From Methanothrix sp. (GTDB lineage Archaea; Halobacteriota; Methanosarcinia; Methanotrichales; Methanotrichaceae), in assembly GCA_023229165.1 (NCBI GenBank), contig JALNZQ010000001.1, positions 1 through 41,347 of the forward strand: a stretch of DNA of 41,347 nt. Direction: 5' to 3'. Below the pieces are notes generated by a model. That model had not been told where the DNA came from and did no database searches. It saw nothing but the letters and a program-made list of their open reading frames with translations. A program made the position numbers and the translations under genes. Shown here piece after piece: positions 36,943 through 41,347 of this stretch. The number at the start of each line of letters is the position of its first letter. Positions within the stretch are counted from its first letter, which is position 1.

Positions 36943-37809
36943 ATGACAATTAATGGAATAATTCCGGAGATTTGGGCAAGCCGTCTCTTGTATAACCTTA
37001 ATAAGAACCTTGTTTACGCTCAACCTGGCGTTTGTAATCGCGATTTCACCGGCAGTATTGCCAATATGGGTGATACAGTCCACATTAACGGCATTGGCCC
37101 TGTAACCGTGCGACCTTACGTAAAGAATACAACCATAGCTGCTCCAGAAAATCTTAGCGATGCTTCAACTGCACTACTTATTGATCAAGGAGATTATTTC
37201 AATTTTAGTATTGATGATGCAGATCAAGCTCAAACTCAGCCAAAGGTTTTAGATTCAGCGATGAGCGAAGCCGCTTATGGTATTTCTGAAGTTGCAGATG
37301 ATTATATCGCCTCTATCATGGTTGCCAACGTCTCTGAAGATAACGAGATAGGAAGCGATGCTTCACCTATCGTGCCGAACAGTTCAGAAGGAACGACCGC
37401 TTTCGATTATCTTGTGGACCTTTCCACAAAGCTTAATGAAGCTAATGTTCCGAAGACGGGAAGATGGGTTATCGTACCTCCATTTTTCACAGGTCTACTC
37501 GTAAAGGATGACAGGTTTACTAATATCTCTGCTTCTGGCAGTCCCGAAGCACTTCGCAACGGATTTATAACAAGGGCTGCTGGTTTTGACATTTTGGAGT
37601 CAAATTCCGTTCCTAACACCACAGGAACAAAGTATAAGATAGTTGCAGGCTACCCCGGCGCTGTAACGTACGCGGAGCAAGTTTCCAGTGTGGAACTCTA
37701 TCGGCCTGATGACAGACTCGCGGACGCTTGCAAGGGCCTTCACATCTATGGTTCTAAGGTTATTAGAAACTCTGGATTAGCTCTTTTGACTGCAAACAAG
37801 AGTGCTTGA
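36943..37809 (+). CDS. Major capsid protein, HK97 fold (P22 gp5-like family)
   Basis: IPEIWA..LL..L, NRDF.G.I...GDTVHI, L.IDQ..YFNF.IDD.D, LNEANVP..GR, GFDILESN, GLHIYG.KV.R. Confidence 0.93.
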   Translation: MTINGIIPEIWASRLLYNLNKNLVYAQPGVCNRDFTGSIANMGDTVHINGIGPVTVRPYVKNTTIAAPENLSDASTALLIDQGDYFNFSIDDADQAQTQPKVLDSAMSEAAYGISEVADDYIASIMVANVSEDNEIGSDASPIVPNSSEGTTAFDYLVDLSTKLNEANVPKTGRWVIVPPFFTGLLVKDDRFTNISASGSPEALRNGFITRAAGFDILESNSVPNTTGTKYKIVAGYPGAVTYAEQVSSVELYRPDDRLADACKGLHIYGSKVIRNSGLALLTANKSA

Positions 37810-37818
37810 GGTATTGAG

Positions 37819-38241
37819 ATGTTCAATAAGATTTTACCTGTGGTATTAGCCCTTGGGCTAATAGCCTTTCTTTTTGTGGGAATGGCCGAAGCTAAGACTA
37901 CGATTAACGAGAGTCAGTGCGTTATGGATTCTTATGTGACCCCTTCAACGGCTACAACCCTTAATAGCACGAGTGGAATGCAAATCAACTCTTCCAAAGA
38001 CAACCGGCTTATCCTTCTAGTAGCTAACACCGCCGTCGCTGCCGGTCTTAATGTGACCGTCCAAAAAGGGGTTTACTTTAGGTCTGGACTCGGGAATCTT
38101 ACCCTAACAATCCCTAAGAGTTCTACACGCCTCATAGGACCGCTTGAGAGTTCAAGATTTGAACAGGCAGATGGTAAGATTTACATCGCGATTAATAACA
38201 CCAACGGAACTGTAATTGGATATAGATTGCCCTCTTCTTAG
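37819..38241 (+). CDS. Beta-rich putative capsid decoration protein with a signal peptide
   Basis: Right after the MCP; G.L...IP......IGPLESSRFEQADG motif; hydrophobic N-terminus ending in AEA. Confidence 0.6.
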   Translation: MFNKILPVVLALGLIAFLFVGMAEAKTTINESQCVMDSYVTPSTATTLNSTSGMQINSSKDNRLILLVANTAVAAGLNVTVQKGVYFRSGLGNLTLTIPKSSTRLIGPLESSRFEQADGKIYIAINNTNGTVIGYRLPSS

Positions 38242-38269
38242 GGCGGTCTTATTTTTCTGAGGTTTCCTT

Positions 38270-38701
38270 ATGGCAATTACTGATGCTGATGTTATAGAGT
38301 CTTTGCAGATTTTAACCTCTGTGGAATCAGTGCAAAGTGAAGAAGAATCAGAGGCGACACCGGAAGAAGGCACAACCGCCGATTTGCTTTATGCAGAATT
38401 CACAGAACTCCTCGATCAAGCTGAAGAAGAGTTTGCAAATGATCTAACGCGCCTTAATCTGTCCACCGTTGCTGATGTAACCACTAAAAGAGCTTTGGCT
38501 TATCTGATAGCGGATTATATTCAAGTTGGTCAGCCTGAGTGGAATGCTCAAAAAGTCCAATTCAATCAAGACACAAGTGTTAGTCATTTTGCCAACCGTC
38601 TCGGATCTTCATACTATTATAATTATCTCAGAACTTTAGAAAACGCTCTAAAAGCTGATGATGACTATAAAGAACGCAAAGCCGGGGTTTTCATTACATG
38701 A
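38270..38701 (+). CDS. Putative head-tail adaptor (connector)
   Basis: Position after the head genes; helical, A.AYL.A and C-terminal S.Y...Y..L pattern. Confidence 0.55.
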   Translation: MAITDADVIESLQILTSVESVQSEEESEATPEEGTTADLLYAEFTELLDQAEEEFANDLTRLNLSTVADVTTKRALAYLIADYIQVGQPEWNAQKVQFNQDTSVSHFANRLGSSYYYNYLRTLENALKADDDYKERKAGVFIT

Positions 38702-39411
38702 AGCGCAGATTATTTAATATGCCTAATAAAATGATAATCTCTGAAAGCACAAGTGGAGCTTCGGCTGATGCCTTTTATGGTTATGCCCCGGCACCTTCCG
38801 GCACTGAGGTAACTGTGGACGCAGGAACCCTTACAACGCCTTCTGCTAGCCTATACTGCATACTTAAAGATCATGGTTATTATAATGAAGTCTCAATAGT
38901 ATTCGATATGTTAAATGGTTCAACGCCGGTTCAAAAAACCGTAGTTTGGGATTATTGGAATTCCGAAGGATCACTTCATTCAAAGGCTGTAAGTCCATGC
39001 GCGATCACAGAAGTTCTAAATTTCACGGCTACGTATAGCGGCTTAGAGCTTCCTGTAGCTGATCTAAAAATTCAAGCAAAAGACGCGGCGGGCGAATTCA
39101 TCACAATACCCGGAGAAAGTACAACAGCATATAATTATTATCCATGTTATTTTCAGGAAGTAACCACAAAAAGCGATCTCTTAAACTTTGGATTTGCTGG
39201 CGTTATTGTGGAAGATCTGTACTATTGCAGAGTATATCACGAGATGGAAACATTAGATCAATTCCAGATTGAAGGCTATACAAAAGAAGTAGACGGCGCA
39301 ACAGTAAACCAAAATTTTCAAGTGTTTTCTCTCGTGAGAAAGATTAGGACCCCAGGATCTTCTAAAGTTGTAGCTTACGACTTCTTCGCGAAGGAATTAA
39401 CAGGCTCTTAA
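38698..39411 (+). CDS. Putative head-closure-like protein with an extra domain
   Basis: ATGA-coupled to the adaptor; the beta-rich C-terminal ~90 aa (from YPCYFQE) has a stopper-like pattern. Confidence 0.4.
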   Translation: MKRRLFNMPNKMIISESTSGASADAFYGYAPAPSGTEVTVDAGTLTTPSASLYCILKDHGYYNEVSIVFDMLNGSTPVQKTVVWDYWNSEGSLHSKAVSPCAITEVLNFTATYSGLELPVADLKIQAKDAAGEFITIPGESTTAYNYYPCYFQEVTTKSDLLNFGFAGVIVEDLYYCRVYHEMETLDQFQIEGYTKEVDGATVNQNFQVFSLVRKIRTPGSSKVVAYDFFAKELTGS

Positions 39412-39425
39412 GGACGTGATTTTTC

Positions 39426-39767
39426 ATGATTTATAAATGGATTAAAATTGATATTGAACAAGATATAGATATTTCCGAGGCCGGAATTTTTACAATAGCA
39501 ACTCCTCGGGCAGGATGTTGGCTTTCTGTGGCTAAAATGATGTTGACCAGCTACATCTCAAATCTTGAAGGCCACGTCTCCGAGATTCAACTACTCTTCG
39601 GAGATGATGAGAAAACCGGCTTAATGAATTTAGAAGGAATGCCTCTAAATATTGATATTGGCGAATATCATGAAGTCCTATCCGGCGAAGTAGACGAAGC
39701 CCTAAAAATCAAAACCACTTGCAGCTCGGTGCAAGGTTATGCCTTACTGTCTGAAACGGAAGGATAA
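39426..39767 (+). CDS. Hypothetical virion-module protein (last gene of the late operon)
   Basis: 113-aa ORF followed by a T-tract near 39802-39810. Confidence 0.65.
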   Translation: MIYKWIKIDIEQDIDISEAGIFTIATPRAGCWLSVAKMMLTSYISNLEGHVSEIQLLFGDDEKTGLMNLEGMPLNIDIGEYHEVLSGEVDEALKIKTTCSSVQGYALLSETEG

Positions 39768-39874
39768 GAATTATCAAAACGATCTATGAGAATTTATTCC
39801 ATCTTTTTTTAATAATCCTCATTTATGCCGTCCCAAATGATATTTGCATATTAATTAGAGAAAAAGTGAGATAG

Positions 39875-40453
39875 CTAAAACTGTTTAAATTTAGCTGCTT
39901 TAGCTCCATAAAACTGTTTAGTCGCTCCATCCAACACTTTTAGACTATTGCTTACATCATAGAGTGGTTGCGGCATATCGAAACTGGATTGTGGTATCGC
40001 TTGGACTTCATACATACCATTAAATGTTCCGTATACTCCGACTATCTGTTCAGCATTCACTGGTTTTACTAGCATCCAATCACCCGAATCGAAAAGTAAG
40101 AAGGAATAACCATTTTGTGTGGTTCCACGGCTACCGCTATGCTCCATTCTTAAAACGGCATCTGAATAAAAAGCATTAAGTTCAAGACAAAAACCATCCT
40201 TAGGGCAGAAAGTATCTAAATACCATGCTAATTGTGGGAATTTCACAACATCTATTCGAATGGTAGATTGGTTATCAGTTAGCTCCATTTTGGCATCAGT
40301 CAGCAATGTTCCATCTATTTGGGTCCTATTAATCCACTGATCGCTAACTAACGACCAATTTGCGGGAATATCAAAAGAAATATTGTGGCTCTGATAAGTT
40401 GTGGCTAAGGATGTAGTCATCATTAACATAAGGCATAGTATCATTTTCCACAT
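39875..40453 (-). CDS. Exported hypothetical protein
   Basis: Signal peptide MWKMILCLMLMMTTSLA; ISFDIPANW; GAGGT RBS; four N-x-S/T sequons. Confidence 0.78.
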   Translation of the reverse strand: MWKMILCLMLMMTTSLATTYQSHNISFDIPANWSLVSDQWINRTQIDGTLLTDAKMELTDNQSTIRIDVVKFPQLAWYLDTFCPKDGFCLELNAFYSDAVLRMEHSGSRGTTQNGYSFLLFDSGDWMLVKPVNAEQIVGVYGTFNGMYEVQAIPQSSFDMPQPLYDVSNSLKVLDGATKQFYGAKAAKFKQF

Positions 40454-40526
40454 TTTGTATTACCTCTGACGGTAATTACTATATGGGTAAGTATTAAACC
40501 CTTGCTCAGTTCGGTTCTGTTGATTC

Positions 40527-41277
40527 CTATAAATTCATAGCTTTATCGTACGCCGCTCTTTTTGTTTCATCTGACACGAAAGTATACCTCATTGTGCTCA
40601 AAATCGAGCTGTGGCGAAGGATTTCTTTAACTATTCTTAAATCAACTCCCTTTTTTTATCATTAGACAACCGGGACTATGCCGGGAAAACACGTGAACTC
40701 CGCCAGGTTTGGAAATGCCCGCTAAAGTTTTATAATGAATAAACATTTTATAAATATCACGTCGGTCAAACAGGTTGCTATGATCCGTATAAAATAGCGG
40801 TGTTTTCCCTTCAATTTTTAATTGGGGTCTGATCTCAAGGTATCTTTTTAAAGTCTTAATACAATCTTCAGTTAGATAGACTATGCCGTCTTTCCCCATT
40901 TTTCCCTCGCGGACTTTGATCGTCATGGTCTTAAAATTAATATCTTTATCTTCCAATTTGCATATTTCTGAAGCCCTTAAGCAGCAATAGAATAATACTT
41001 TTAACATAGAAAGATGTTTTATATTATGTGATGCTGCTATGAATATGTCATGAACATCTTCCTCATCAAAGTAGAATGGCAAGGTGTTATTTACGGGAAG
41101 CATTTTAAAAGCAAATTCTTCTCCATTCATCTTATAGAATTTTTTTATAGCAATACAGGCATTATTTACTGTCTGCCTGCTAAGATTACCACTTAATAAG
41201 TAATCGCGATATTCATAAGCTTTACTTACTGGTGGATTTTGTTCATTCGCGAAGGTTAGATATCTGCTCAGATATGA
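40527..41277 (-). pseudogene. Tyrosine recombinase/integrase disrupted by a frameshift (A7 run, 40651-40657) and an IS insertion
   Basis: LRASE, GK.GK, HVFSRH. The +1 frame continues GVDLRIVKEILRHSSILSTMRYTFV...TAG with the catalytic Tyr. The frame is open upstream to the IS end. Confidence 0.9.
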
Positions 41278-41347
41278 GGTCGTGTACTCATATCATTGAA
41301 TTGGTATCCTGAATGCCATTAGCTCCTTGATAGTCCATACATGATCA
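41278..41347 (-). mobile_element. Right end of an IS1-family-like insertion sequence
   Basis: The minus strand encodes ...DHVWTIKELMAFRIPIQ* (stop 41293-41295), typical of methanogen IS1-type transposase C-termini; the putative terminal repeat begins GGTCGTGT at 41278. Confidence 0.7.

Larger units (their letters stand above)
26369..41347. mobile_element. Integrated ~15-kb tailless HK97-type provirus or capsid-forming satellite (right end outside the window)
   Basis: tRNA junction, AT-rich composition, prim-pol/helicase, terminase, portal, capsid and tyrosine integrase. Confidence 0.92.

Noticed and set aside
40642-40660. Programmed -1 frameshift at A-AAA-AAG restoring the integrase
   Set aside because: The -1 frame stops after four codons (AGG GAG TTG ATT TAA); rescue needs +1, and the gene is also IS-interrupted
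41278-41347. Transposase-integrase read-through fusion
   Set aside because: The two are in the same frame across one TGA, but this has a 1-in-3 chance and the integrase is frameshifted downstream

Overview
The window has two parts. About 1-26.3 kb is GC-rich chromosome of a methanogenic archaeon; the stand-alone mcrC, aglB, dph5, bud32 and archaeal pheST suggest Methanothrix or a relative (inference). It carries housekeeping genes, a five-gene CBS cluster coupled to an RNA ligase, tRNA-Thr(CGT) and tRNA-Ile(GAT). It also has a small variable islet bracketed by a duplicated apgM 3' end. From 26369 to the end lies an AT-rich integrated element, starting right after a 5'-half tRNA-Ser(GCT). It encodes small regulators, a prim-pol/SF3 helicase followed by a mirror-symmetric iteron array, TerS, a ~650-nt fold-back non-coding segment, TerL, portal, scaffold, an HK97-type capsid protein and probable head-completion proteins. 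It also encodes exported proteins and a tyrosine integrase broken by an IS and a frameshift. No tail, tape-measure or lysis genes are recognisable. The best candidate for a new system is therefore an archaeal capsid-forming satellite (cf-PICI-like) or tailless HK97 virus. All family calls come from motif recognition by eye, and counts are manual.
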